Below are positions 39,989 to 53,400 of a DNA stretch of 64,000 nucleotides, one piece after another. Each line of letters begins with the position of its first letter. The first letter of the stretch is position 1. Origin of the DNA: Rhina ancylostomus (lineage: Eukaryota); NCBI GenBank assembly GCA_030265395.1, contig JARFYF010000062.1, positions 16,083,398 to 16,147,397 of the forward strand, read 5' to 3'. The position numbers were made by a program, and so were the translations under genes. The notes under the pieces were generated by a model that saw nothing but the letters and a program-made list of their open reading frames with translations, was not told the origin of the DNA and made no database searches.

Positions 39989-40419
39989 CATGTGCAGAGA
40001 TTAGTTACTGATTCAGTAAGAAGCTAAGCACATTGAAGATCGACTGCAGATGGTCAATAAATGTGCTCTGAATTTCTTAAAGCACCCCATCCACGAACAA
40101 ACTATTTGGAGTTCTTGAGTCATGTCCCCTTCGCCCCACCAACTCCGTGCCAATCATCAAGCATCTATATCTTACACTAATCCCGGTATTTTATTCCCTC
40201 GTTCTTATCCACTGCCCAATTTACGATGGACAATTAACCTACCAACCGCACACCTTTGGTGGACTGGGTGAGTCAAACGACATATTTTGATGGCATGCCA
40301 CTCCATGATTAAATGGTCTGTTTGCTGGAGACAGTGCATTAAGAAATTCAGAGCACAATTATTGACAAGATGCAATGTGTTCGGCTTCTTGCTGAATCAG
40401 TAACTGACATCTGCACATG
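39989..40419. repeat. Inverted repeat, arms ~155 bp (39989-40146 and 40261-40419); paralog 44690-44844 / 44961-45129
   Basis: ttaagaaattcagagcaca.ttattgac...gcttctt.ctgaatcagtaact...tctgcacatg occurs in both orientations; the right arm splits a minus-strand V-SINE. Confidence 0.85.
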
Positions 40420-40769
40420 TGGGAGTACACGTGGAAACCTTCTCGTTGACAGAAAAATATGCAAGCTACAAAGACTGCGCCAGAGGTCAGGATCGAACTA
40501 GAATGGCTGGAGATATGGAGCAGCTCCATGAGCTGTGCCTCTTTGAGAAACAGATTTCCAGAAGACTTCAGGACAGCTAATGGTTAGAAATGGTAACTTA
40601 TTAAGCATATGTTTTACTCTTGTTTATTTTAAGATTGACTTTAAAATCTCAAAATAAAATGCTGAGTTTGTCAGAAGAACAAGTACATGTGTGCACAGTT
40701 GTAATGAAAAACTTACTTGCAACAGCATCATAGGCACATAGCTTCAGATACACAGCATTTACAAAAAAA

Positions 40770-41190
40770 AATACACAATAAAGAAGACAATGCGAAAAAA
40801 TCGTTGTAGTTCAAAGTGGTCAAAATGTTGCTATACTGAGATAATGATTAGATTTGTGCAGGTTGGTACAAGAACTGAATGGTTGAAGGGAAGTAGCTTT
40901 TCTTGAACCTCTTGGTGTTGGACCTTCTCCCCGATGGTTGCTGTAAAAAGATGGCATGACCTTCCTTGTGATTGCATCTATGTGCCAGATCCAGGACAGG
41001 TCATCCGATATGTTAGCAATCTGAAATTTAAAGCTCTTGACCCTCGCCGCCACCCATCAACTAATGTAAACTGTCAAATGTTCACCATCCTTCCCCCAAC
41101 CGAAGTCAACAATCAATTCTCTATTTTTACTGACATCGAGTGAGAGGTTGTTGTTGCAGCAACACTGAACCAGATGTCCCATCTTTCTCC
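40770..41190 (-). mobile_element. Rex/Babar-type LINE RT fragment; paralog ~45500-45915
   Basis: RVKSFKFQIANISDDLSWIWHIDAITRK and upstream ELIVDF motif. Confidence 0.75.
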
Positions 41191-41802
41191 TTTTAGAACA
41201 ATTAATATTTTTTTCCACCAGGAATAAGTATTGAGAGATCTAGTTGCAATTTGTTTTAGGAGGATATCATAATGCTAGCAAATGCAAAATACCTCTCAAT
41301 TGTTAACCTCTTCAAGGAATTTTCTTGCTAATACTCTCTGACAAAAAATAACACAAAACTTAAGGACAGATGACCAACATCTTGACAAAAGGTTTGAAGG
41401 AAATGCCTAAAAAAACAAAGAAATTGGAGTGGCCACGTAATGGTTTCTAAATTGCAACACATCCCCATCTTGGGTTAGAGTCTCAAGTTGGCTTTGTACT
41501 AACTCAGACACTTGGCTGGAGAAACAATATTTTCACAAAATTATAATATAAATGTTCCAGGGAAATGATATGCTTGCCTTCCCAATGGAACATTCCTGAA
41601 AACTGGTCCAAGTTTGTCGAGTGATGAACTTAGCCACAGGATTAGAATGTCATTCCAGATGTGGTTCCACAGAGGGTGACAAGCTAAAATTCTGTTAATG
41701 ACNNNNNNNNNNNNNNNNNNNNNNNNNNNNNNNNNNNNNNNNNNNNNNNNNNNNNNNNNNNNNNNNNNNNNNNNNNNNNNNNNNNNNNNNNNNNNNNNNN
41801 NN

Positions 41803-42799
41803 GTACCCTCAGTTCAAGACCATCTCCACCGTTGCCACAAGGTCTGGGAGGACACACGTGCAGCCCTGCTCCGTACCGCTGACCGCAACCAGAAATTTGC
41901 TGATCGTCGGCGGGTTCCCACACCTGTGTACCAGCCTGGGCAGAATGTTTGGCTCTCGGCAATGGACAGCCCCCTCAAAAAGGTGCCCATGAAACTAGCT
42001 CCTCGCTTCTTGGGACCTTTTGAAATTGAATGGATTGTTAATCCCACAACAGTCCGGCTCAAATTGCCTAAGACCCTGAGGATACATCCTACTGTCCATG
42101 TTACTCAGGTGAAGCAAGTGTACAGCAGTCCATTGTGCCCTCCAGACAGGCCCCCTCCGCTCCCCCAGATTGTTGATGACTACCCATCGTACACTATCCG
42201 GCGTTTATTGGATGTACGCCGCTGGGGTAGGAGCCTGCAGTACTTGGTCGATTGGGAGGGATACGGTCCGTAGGATCATTCCTAACTTCCTCGGTCCTTC
42301 ATTTTGGACCCCTCCGTAATTCAGGACTTCCATTTGGACCATCCCGACAAGCCTGGTGGATCGCCGAGAGGCTCCTGCTGAGCGGGCGAGGTTCTGTCAT
42401 GGTTCTGGGCTCTGACCCTCTATTTGGCTCCTTTAATGGCTTGTTGTCCAGCACATTGATTCCATGCTGGACTGATTACATAACGACACACACCTGAGCC
42501 CCATCAGTGGCCTAGGATAAGTACCTGTGTTTCTCTAGCACTAGTTGCCAAAGTATTGGTCTGCCTTTGGGTATACTTTTCTCCTAGTTGCTTAGAGTGG
42601 TCTACTCTAGAACAGTCCTGTGTTCTTTATTCCTTTTGAAGATCCAGTTCGTGATTGGATTCCTCTTCTGATATCTGAGGCAAAATTCCTTCCAGTCACT
42701 GCCTGTGTTTTTCCTGAGGAAGAATCCTGAATCCTGCCTTGTATAAGTGTGCCCAATTTGGGTTCTCTGTGAGCTTGCGCCTTGCTCAATATTGTGACA
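41803..42799 (+). mobile_element. Gypsy chromovirus (Tf1/sushi-like) 3' end: integrase C-terminus, chromodomain, PPT, 3' LTR (42395-42799)
   Basis: [10 protein letters not shown] (GPY/F motif), LRIHPTVHV, chromodomain [27 protein letters not shown] with in-frame stops after it; purine-rich tract before TGTCA; LTR ends TGACA. Confidence 0.95.
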
Positions 42800-45700
42800 G
42801 AATATTTCACAGCAATCAGCGATTTATTTATCTTTTGGTCATGAGGTGAAAGGTCTGGGTTCTTTCTTACTGTCACAAAAGCCTCGAACCAATTGGGTAT
42901 GGAACACACATGATTATCACCAGAACATCTTGAATTGTACACTTATCTTTGTGGTGACCTCAACATTAAGTTCAGACTTCTGCAGAAGTAAAAGGCTTTG
43001 GCTGATCTCCTTATCTCGGGACGTTGCCGAAGAAAGATAGGGTCCCTCAAAGTGCCTTGCTGTCCGTGGCTACCAGGGTTAAATCTGAACCTTCTTAATC
43101 TCTATCCAGATTTCAGGGTTAGCTTCTGGGTTGCTCACCGCGACCCAGACAACTCGTGAGGGACCTGTTAGCCATGTCAAGCTAAGTGCAGTATAACATC
43201 AAGGTTGGAAGCAAATTAAGTTGCATCGGGAATGAGGACCATCAAAGAAACAGCATACTCTGCAGGAGGAGTTGACGGCAGAGATGAGATGTTCATGGAT
43301 GGTATGAAGAACAAAATAAATATGAATATCAGCCTGATTCTAACAGTGTGATGGAAATAATCAACAAGGAGCAGTTAGATTCTGAGATTACCGTTAATTA
43401 TTGTATGCTGTATATTGTATGAAAGTAGAAAACAGAAACTGTCCAGGTTACTGAATCAACTTTGCAGCCTCCCACCAACTTTGCCTCTCTTTAAAACAAG
43501 AGCACTTGTAAGTGTAACTTGGATCTCCAGTCATTAACTTGTACTGAAGTCCAATCATTGCACCTCATGCCCCTGAACCTCAATGGCTAAACATAACTAG
43601 ATTTCTGTCAAGAAAATGCACTCATTTACAACAAAGAGTGGCCTGTAGATCAATCCAACAGTTATTCCTCCTCTCAAATTTTCTCCCATCTTATTTGATG
43701 AATTTAAATATCCACCCCTTGGGCCTGTGTAATCCATGACTTTGGAGGTTAGTCCCTGTGCTTCCTCACTCCAATTCTCACCAACCTCCTTACATCCATT
43801 GTTTTACACCTTAAATCTAAATTTCCTTATGTGGGAAGGGAGGGTGACAACCTGATGATTTGAAAATATTCTCATTTTTTTCACTCAAGGAAGTTGAAAA
43901 ACTACCCAACCTTCCCACCAGCATTCATATCCCACATTAATTATGATGCAGCCTTATTTCAAAGTCCATGATTTGACGCATGGTTCCTCGATCTCTGAGC
44001 TGCACAATGCAGCTCATAGCCATGCATGTACTTAAAGTAAAGAAACACTGCACTGTAACAGTTCTCGGGAACATTTCTCTATTAATAAATCAAATATAAT
44101 GAGCAACGTTGAATGCAAAGGTCAGCAGCATGGTTGGCATATTTTGTATTCGCTTGGCATAGGAATTAGTTGTGTATTGCAGGATTATCATTTATGGTGG
44201 AAATCTCAGGAAAAAGAAAGTTCTGTCCAAATTGCACAAGATTTACCCATATGCCGACACTTGGCTCAGACACATTACTTCAAAAGAATATAAGTTTCCT
44301 GAACTGGGTCTTTTAAACCGTTATTAAATCACCACAACATTTACCCACACAACTAATGTGTAAAACAAATTATTTTTCAAAAATACAACACTCCACTTTT
44401 TAGCTCGTGTAATAAAAGTTCTTGGGATTAACACAATTAAAAAGAGAATGGAAAACGCCGACAGAACCTTCGGTAAACCCATAATAACAAATTAGGAACT
44501 CAGTATAAAGGTCACAATACACAGTCCTGTCTACATAAGGGATTGGACCACATTGTATATCAGATCAATTGAGCCATTCACATCCAGCATATCAATCTTA
44601 AAAGCTTCAATTGTGCACTTAATACCCCAGAGAAGGTTCACTGAGGCACATAATGTGAAATAACAGTTTGCTGGAAGGCAGGAAAGCAACTGCAGAGGTA
44701 AGTTACTGATAAAGCAAGAAGCTAAACGCACTGAAGGTCTACTGCAGATGGTCAATAAATGTGCTCTGAAAATCTTAAAGCGTCACCTCCACGAACAAAC
44801 CATTTGGCGTTCTTGAATCATGTGTCCTTTTCCTCACCAACTCCGGGTCAATCATCAAGCACTCATATTCTACTCTAATCCCTTTTATTTACTTCCCTCA
44901 TTTTTATCCACTGCCCAATTTACAGTGGAAAATTCACGTACTAACCCACACATATTTGGTGGACTTGGTGAGGCAAAGGGCATATTTTGATGGCATGCGA
45001 CTCTATGATTGAATGATCTGTTACTGGAGACAGTACATTAAGAAATTCAGAGCACATTTAATGACCATCTTCTGTAGCTCTTCAGTGTGTTCGTCTTCTT
45101 GCTGACTCAGTAACTGACCTCTGCACATGTGGGAGGAAACAAAAGTACCCGGGGGAAACATACTCGTTTGCGGAGAGAATATGCAAGCTGCGCAGACTGC
45201 ACCAGAGTTCGGGATTAAACCAGAATGGTTGGTGATGTGAAGCAGCTCCACTAGCTGTTCCTCTGTGAGAAACAGATTNNNNNNNNNNATAACGTTTTAG
45301 CACATGTTTTAGTCTTATGTTTATTTTAAGATTGATTTTAAAATCTTAAAATAAAAAGTTGAGTTTGTAATATGCACAAGTAGATGTATGCACATCAGTT
45401 GCAATTAAAAACTTACTTGCAACAGCATCACAGGCACATTGCATCAGATGCACAACATTTACAAAAAATATATACAATAAAGAACACAATGCGAACAAAA
45501 AAACATTACAGTGCAAAGTGGTCAGAATGTTCCTACTCCGAGGTAATGATTAGAGCTGTGCAGGTTGGTACAAGAACAGAATGGTTGAAGGGAAGAAGCT
45601 GTTGTTGAACCTGGTGGTGTTGAACCTTCAGGCTTCTGCACCTCCAATCCGATGGTAGCTGTGAGAAGATGACGTTACCTTCCTTACGATTGCATCTATA

Positions 45701-48453
45701 TGACAGATCCAGGACATCCGATTCGATCCAGGATCCGATATATTAGCAGTGGGGAATGTAAGGCTGCTGACCCTCTCCGTCAGCGATCCACCAATGAAAA
45801 CTGTCAGATGTCCACCCTCCTTCCCTTACTTGAAGTCAACAATCTGTTCTTTAGTTTTCCTGACATCGAGAGCGAGGTTGTTGTTGCATCACCACTCAGC
45901 CAGGTGTCCCATCTTGGCATTTTAGAGAAATTACCATTTTTTTTCCACCAGGGATAAAGTATTGAGAGATCTGGTGGCAATCTGTTTCAGGAGGATACCG
46001 TAATGCAAGCAAATGCAAAACACCTCAAAATTGTAAACCTGTTTAAGGAAGCTTCTTGCTAATAGTCTCCGACAAATAAAGCACAAAACTAAAGGACAGA
46101 TGACCAACATCTTTACAAAATAATTGAAGGAAATGCCAAATCATAAAGAAATTGCATTGGCCTCCTCATAGTTTCTAAATTTCAACACAAACCCGTCTTG
46201 GGTTCGAGTCCCAAGATGGCTTTGCAGTAACACAGACATGTGTCTGAAAATACAAATTTTCACAAAAAATGTAATATAAATGCTCCAAAATGGAACATTC
46301 CTGGAAAACTGGTCCAAGTTTGTGTCGTGTTGAACTTAGCCACAGGATTAGAATGTCATTCCAGATGTGGTTCCACAGAGGGAAAGCAGCTAAAATTCAG
46401 TTAATGACTCAAGGTTAATAATGGAAATGGCATGCCAGATGTCCAGTGCATTGCACACGCAAAATAAAGTATTTTTATACATCATTGCTTCCTATTATGC
46501 CTCTGCACACAGCTTGACTTATTTAAGTACTTTGGTGAATTAAGCTGAAAGATCAAATTGTTCCAGTAAATTCTGTTGATGGCTGATTGAACTTCCAAAA
46601 ACCTGGCTCTAGTTTTGACGGTTCAGGATATCATCATTTTCTGCCCTGAATTTAAGGACAGGTGGAAATTGAACTATACCCTATTCAAAGCTCGCTGCAG
46701 GTTGATAATTGCTTTTCCTGAAGTCAAGTCAGTGCTCCTGGGTAATTACAAGAAGAAACAGGGATTGTAACAGGAACATTGGCAAACGGTTTGAGAGCAC
46801 AGGATGCATCATGGACACATGACGTAAATCAATTTGAAGATTACCTGACCTCAAATCAATAATAAAATACCGAGATAATCTTTGGAAATAGCCATTCTCC
46901 TCGGAACATATCTGCTTCTCCAACATAACTTTAAAAATCTTATGTCTGCCATTGGCCATTCTTGGGCGAGATCAGGACCTGATTCACTCAGCAGTTCAGA
47001 TTTTGGGAAATTCCCTATGGTAACCGCAATGCACTAGTTTCAAAGATTTTTGTCAGAACTACTTAGTCCTACGATCAGAGGTCAGATTGCATTTAATGCA
47101 GTACACAGGTTTTTCCACAAAAAATGAAAACTTACATCAAATTTTCTCTTAATATTATGCAGATTGAATTTCTCAAATTTAAACATATCAGATTTTGCTC
47201 CTTCCAGCTCGGTCTAAATACCAAGGCCAACTTCTGCTGGCAGTATAGCTGTTCTCCTCAATGTCTTGACTTTGAGCCAGGATTACAGTCGAGATCCATC
47301 AACCACAGAAAAAATGGAGCTCAATGATTTCCCTGTTAGTTGAATGATATAATTTTGTTGTACTAATGTAATGTAACTAAAGCCTCTCAAATAGAAATCT
47401 TTAATTTTTACTCAAAAACAGTAAGACTGGAGTTCAACAATGCTCAGGAAAATTATTTCTTTAGACATCTCAAAAGCAGAGGAAATTGAACACCAATCTT
47501 CCTGCAATGGATTGGACCATGAACACTCAGGAAAAGATTTTAACCTTTTACGAAAATGTTTTATATATTTAGGAGACATGAGAAGGGGGCAAAATGACCT
47601 CTGGAGCCCCTTCAGTGAAATCATGGCCATACTTTCGCATTTCTCTGTACAATCCCATATCCTGTGTTTCACTTAGAATCTAGGGATTGAGCAAGTATGG
47701 AAACAGGAGATTCTGCAGATGCTGGAATCTGGAGCAACACACACAAAATTCTGTAGGCACATTGCAGATCAGGCAAAATCAAGGAACGGAATTAAACAGG
47801 TGGCGTTTTGGGTCGAGGTCCTTCATCAGAACTGACCTCCAGAGGATAACATTCCCAAAAATCTACACTATTAGATTAAAGTAGTTCCTAATCTCAGACT
47901 GCAATGGCCAATCCTGTGTCCTGACTCAATGCCCCAGTTCTACCAAGCAAATCAACCACTCAAGTGTCCACATTTGCAAGCCCATTTTGGACCTTTAAAT
48001 ATCATCTCTCATTCTACAAAATTCCAGCAAATACAGAAGCATTCCAATCAATCCTTCTTCCTTGGCCAACTAACTTAATTTGAGAATCACTGTGGTAAAA
48101 CTTCTGACAAATTTCAAGACGAAGAGAGAAATCAGGTGGCCAAAGGGAGGGTATGAAATGGATCTGACAGATAAGTTTCAAGAAAATCCCAAGAGGGTCT
48201 ATAGCTACTTAATGAGAAAGAGAGCAAGTAGGTCGCCTGAGAGATCAGCAAGGGTCTCTCATTCTCGAGCCGCAGGTGATGGGTGGTATTTTTACCAAAT
48301 GCTTCACCTTGGTGTTGACTGAGGAGAAAATCATGGTTGCTCAAGGGAGAAGGAAACAAGTGGAGTTTTTTTGGAGGAAAGTCATTAACAGGGAGGATTT
48401 ATTTGCACCATTATAGCACATTAAGATGGATAAATCATTAGCAACTGACAAAG
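42800..48453 (+). repeat. Segmental duplication block B copy 2 followed by block C copy 1
   Basis: 42800-46408 matches 37981-41702; 46332-48453 matches 48554-~50680. Confidence 0.95.
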
Positions 48454-48553
48454 NNNNNNNNNNNNNNNNNNNNNNNNNNNNNNNNNNNNNNNNNNNNNNN
48501 NNNNNNNNNNNNNNNNNNNNNNNNNNNNNNNNNNNNNNNNNNNNNNNNNNNNN

Positions 48554-50922
48554 GAACTTAGCCACAGGATTAGAATGTCATTCCAGATGTGGTTCCACAG
48601 AGGGTGACAAGCTAAAATTCTGTTAATGACTGAAGGTTAATAAGGAAAATGGCATCCCAGGTGTCAAGTGTTTTGCACACGCAAAATGAAGTAATTTTAT
48701 CCATCATTTCTCGCAATTATGCCTCTACACACATATTGAAGTACTTCGATGAATTAAGTTGAAAGTAAAAATTTTTCCAGTAAATTCTGTTGATGAATGA
48801 TGCACCTTCTAAAATCTGGCTCTAATAATGACGCTTCAAGAGCATCATCATATTCAGCCCTGAATTTCAGGACAGCTAGAAATTTAACAAAGATAGGGCA
48901 CTACGCACTATTCAAATCTCACTGTTGTTGAACACTTTTTCCCTGAAGTCAACGAAGTTGTAGTGGGGATTTCCAAGAAGAATTGTAACAGGAAGATTTT
49001 TAAACGTTTTGAGAGGTCAAGATGCATCATGGACACATGACGGGAACCAAATTGAAGATTAACTGACCACAAATAAATGATAAAATACAGACATCATCTT
49101 TAGAAATAGATATTCTCCTCGGAGTATAACTGCCGCTCCAAAATAACCTTAGAAATCTTATGTCTGACATTGACCATTCTGACTGAGATCAGGACTTACT
49201 TCCCTCAGAAGTTCAGATTTTGGGAAATGGCCGATGGTAACCACATCACAGTAGTTTCAGAGCTTTTGTCAGAATTATTTTGGCCTCCTATCAGAGATCA
49301 GATTGCATTCAACGTAGTACACAGGATTTCCCACACAAAATAAAAATTTACATCAAATTTTCTTTAAAGATAACGCAGATTGAAATTCTCAAATATAAAC
49401 TTCTCAGATTTTGCTCCTTCCAGTTCAATCTAAATACCAAGGTCACCTTCTGCTGGCAGCAAAGCTTTTACTCCTCAATGGCTGGACTTTGCACCAGGAT
49501 TCGAGTCGACATCCATCAGCCACAGAAGAAAAATGAGCTAAATGCCTTCTGTTAGATAAAGAGATTTAATTATGCTGCATTAAAGTAATTTAACTAAAGC
49601 GTCCCAAATCAAAATGTTTAATCTTCACTCAAAAACAGTAAGACTGGAATTCAGCAATGCGCAGGAAAATTATTTCTCTACATATCTCAAAAGCAGAGGA
49701 AATTGAACGCCAATAACGCTGCAATGGATTGGACCATGAACACTCAGGATAAGATTGTATCTTTTGCGAAAAAGTTTTATCTGTTTAGGAAACGGAAGAA
49801 GAGGGCAAAATGGCCTCTGGAGCCCGTTCACTGAAATCATGACCATTCTTTAGCATTTATCTCTTCAATCCCATATCCTGTGATTCTCTTAGAATCTAGA
49901 GACTTAACATGCATGGAGACAGGAGAATTCTGCAGATGCTGGAATCTGGAGCAACACACACAAAATATGGAGGCACAGTGCAGGTCGGGCAACATCAAGG
50001 CAGGGAATTAAACAGGTGGAGTTTTGAGTCGAGGCCCTGCATCGGAACGGACCTCCAGAGGAGAACATTCCCAAAAGTCGACACTATTTGAATAAAGCAA
50101 TTCCTGATCTCAGCCCGGAATGGCCAACCGTGTGTCCTGGCACAATGCCCTAGTACTACCAAGCTAATCAACCACTCAATTGTCTACACTTGCAAGCCAA
50201 TTTTGGAGTTTAAATGGCATCTCCCATTCCACAAAATTCCAGCAAATAAAGGTCCATTCCAATCAACCCTTATTCATAGGCCAGCCAACTAGCTTTGAAA
50301 ATCAATGTCGTAAAACTTCTGACAAATTTTCCAATTAAGAGGGCAATCAGGTGGTCAAAGGGAGTGTATGTGATGGATCTGACAGGTAAGTTTAAGGACA
50401 ACCCCAAGAGGTTCTATAGTTGCGTAAAGAGTTAAAGCATGGCTAGAGAGCGAGTAGGTCGCCTGAGAGATCAGCAAGGCTGTCGAGTTCTCGAGCCACA
50501 GGAGATGTGTGAGATTTTCTACAAATGCTTCTCCTTGGTTTTTACTGAGAAGAAAATCATGGTTGCTCAAGATATAAGGAAATAAGTGAGGGTTTTTGGC
50601 GGAAATTCATTATCAGGGAGGAGGTCTTTGCAGCCTTACAGCACATTAAGGTGGTTAATTGCCCAGCGAATGACAAAATGCAGAATCAGACTTTTAGGGA
50701 GGCGAGAAAAGAAAGTGCAGAGTCCCTTGCAGAGATGTGTTCTTCATTATCAGCTATTGATGAAATTCTCGAAGAGCTGGAAGGTGGCTGATGTCGTTCG
50801 ATTGTTTAATAAATGTAGGAAGGACAAGCCAAAAACAACAAGCCAGTCAGCCTGACATCAGACATGGGGAAGTTACTGGAGGGAATTCTGAGTGACAGGA
50901 TCTAGCAGCATTTCGATGGACC
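48554..50922 (+). repeat. Segmental duplication block C, copy 2
   Basis: Collinear with 46332-48453; its distal part is also collinear with 51192-52135 (third copy). Confidence 0.95.
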
Positions 50923-51091
50923 TGTCATGGTTTTGAGTTCTGGTCCTCAATTTGGCTCCATTAATGCCTTGTTGCCCAATACATGGATTCCATGCTGGAC
51001 TGATTAGATAACTGTGCACACCTGAGTCCCATCAGGGGCCTAGCATAAGAACCTGTGTTTCTCTGGCACTAGTTGCCAGAGTATTGGTCTA
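50923..51091 (+). mobile_element. 5' part of Gypsy-type LTR inserted in CR1 (rest in gap)
   Basis: tgtcatggttttgagttctgg... matches the start of 24047; the paralogous CR1 is uninterrupted at ~52135. Confidence 0.9.
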
Positions 51092-51539
51092 NNNNNNNNN
51101 NNNNNNNNNNNNNNNNNNNNNNNNNNNNNNNNNNNNNNNNNNNNNNNNNNNNNNNNNNNNNNNNNNNNNNNNNNNNNNNNNNNNNNNNNNNACGCAGCAC
51201 GTCAGGCAACATCTATGGAGGGAATTAAACAGGTGGCGTTTTGGGTCGAGGCCCTTCATCAGAACTGACCTCCAGAGGAGAACATTCCCAAAAATCCAAA
51301 CTATTAAAGTAATTCCTGATCTCAGCCTGGAATGGCCAAACATGCGCCCTGACACCATGCCCCTCGTTCTACCCAGTTAATCAACCACTCAAGCCTCCAC
51401 ATTTGCAAGCCCTTTTGGGGGTTTAAATATCATCTCTCATTTTACAACATTCCAGCAAATAAAGGCCCATTCCAATCAATCCTTCTTCCTAGGCCAGCCA
51501 ACTCACTTTAAGAATCAATGTGGTAAAACTTCTGACAAA

Positions 51540-53400
51540 GTTTACGATAAATAGCGAAATCAGGTGGTCAAAGGGAGGGTAAGAATGGATCTGACAGGTA
51601 AGTTTAAGAAAAATCCCAAGAGGTTCTGGAGCTATGCAAAAAGTGAAAGGATGACTAGAGAGCGAGTAGATCCCCTTAGAGATCAGCAAGGCTGTCTAGG
51701 TCTCGAGCCACAGGAGATGGGTGAGATTTTTAACAAATGTTTCTCCTTGGTGTTTACTGAGGAGAATATCATGGTTGCTCAAGAGATAAGGAAACAATGA
51801 ATTTCCTCCAAAAAGTCTCCACTTATCAGGGAGGAGGTGTATGCAGCCTTACAGCACATTAAGGTGGACAAATCCCCAGAAACTGACCAAGTGCAGACTC
51901 AGACTTTGTGGGAGTCTAGAGAAGAAAGTGCAGAGGCCCTTGCAGTGATATGTGCTTGATTGTTAGCCACTGATGAAATTCCTGAAGACTGGAAGGTGGC
52001 TAATGTTGTTCCATTGTTTAAGAAAGGTAGCAAGGGCAAGCCAGGGAATTACAAGCCAGTCAGCCTGACATCAGCAGTGGGGTAGTTACTGGAGGGAATT
52101 CTGAGGGACAGGATCCAGTCGCATTTGGATAGACCACATTTGATTCGGATGAGTCAGCATGGCTTTGTGCATGGAAAGTTGTGCTTGATGAACCTTTTAG
52201 TCTTCTTTAAAAAAGTTACCAAAAAAGATGAGTAAGGCAGTGAATGTTGTCTGCTGGAACTCTAGCAAGGCTTTCAACAAGGTCCTGCATGGTAGGCCGG
52301 TGAGAAAGATAGGTCCCATAGAACACAGCACAAACTATTTCGGTGGATTCAAAATTGGTGCGGAGGTAGGCAGCAGAGGATGGTGGTTGGTTGTTTCTCA
52401 GAATGACAGCTGGTGACTAGTGGTGTGCCGCAGGGGTCAGTGTTGGGACTCTTGTTATTTGTTATTCATATAAATGATTTGGATGGGAATGCACAAGATG
52501 TGTTCAGCAAGTTTGCTGATAACACAAAATTAGGTGTGGTTGATAGTGAAGGTTATTGTAGATTATGTGGGGATCTTGATCTGTTAGGGAAGTGGGCCAA
52601 GGAGTGGTAAATGGATTTCAAAACAGTTATGTGTGTGGTGATGGATTTTGGAAATTCGAACAAGCACAGGACTGTGAATGGTAGGACACTTGGGAGTATT
52701 ATTGAACAGAGCTACCACGGAGTACAAGTGCATAGTTCATTGATTGCGGCGTCACAGGTAGACAGAGTGTGAATAATGTGTTTTGCACGTTGGCCTTCAT
52801 CAGTCAAGGCATGGAGTACAAGAGTTGTGACATTATGTTGCGGTTGTAGGCGAGGCCACACCTGGAGTACTGTGTACAGATTTTATCATCCTATTATAGG
52901 GGGAAAAAAACCATGGTTAATCTGGAAAGAGTGCTGAAAAGAATTCCAAAAATGTTGCCAGGACTCGAGGAGCTGAGTTACATGGAAAGGTTGGCCAGGC
53001 TAGGTCTTTATTCCTTGGACCAGAGGAGAATTAGGGACAACTTTATAGAAATGTTTAAAATTATGAAATGCAGAGATAAGGTGGACAGTAACAGACTTTT
53101 CCCTGGGGTAGGGGAATGCAATAATAGGGGGTATAGATTTAGGGTGAGAGGGGAAAGATTTAATAGGGACTTGAGGGGCAACTTTGTCCACACAGGGGGT
53201 GGTGAGTATATGGAATGAGCTGCCAGAGGAAGTGGTTGGGGCAGGTAATATAAGCATTTGCAATAGGTACATGGAGGGGAAGGGTTTATAGGGATAAGGG
53301 TAGAATACAGTAAATGGGGATTAGCTGTGTGGGCACCATGATCAGCATGGATGCATTGGGCTCAAGGGCCTGTATCTGTGCTGTATTGCTCTTTGACTCT
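51540..53400 (+). mobile_element. 5'-truncated decayed CR1 LINE
   Basis: KKNPKRFWSY, TSGVPQGSVLG, SKFADNTKLG, KMLPGLEELSYMERL and CR1 3' UTR. Confidence 0.93.

Larger units (their letters stand above)
37981..41702 (+). repeat. Segmental duplication block B, copy 1
   Basis: Collinear with 42800-46408 (about 80-85% by eye). Confidence 0.95.

Noticed and set aside
42271-42285. Probable TGG>TAA in the chromodomain as deaminase hypermutation
   Set aside because: Single site; not distinguishable from neutral decay without a consensus.
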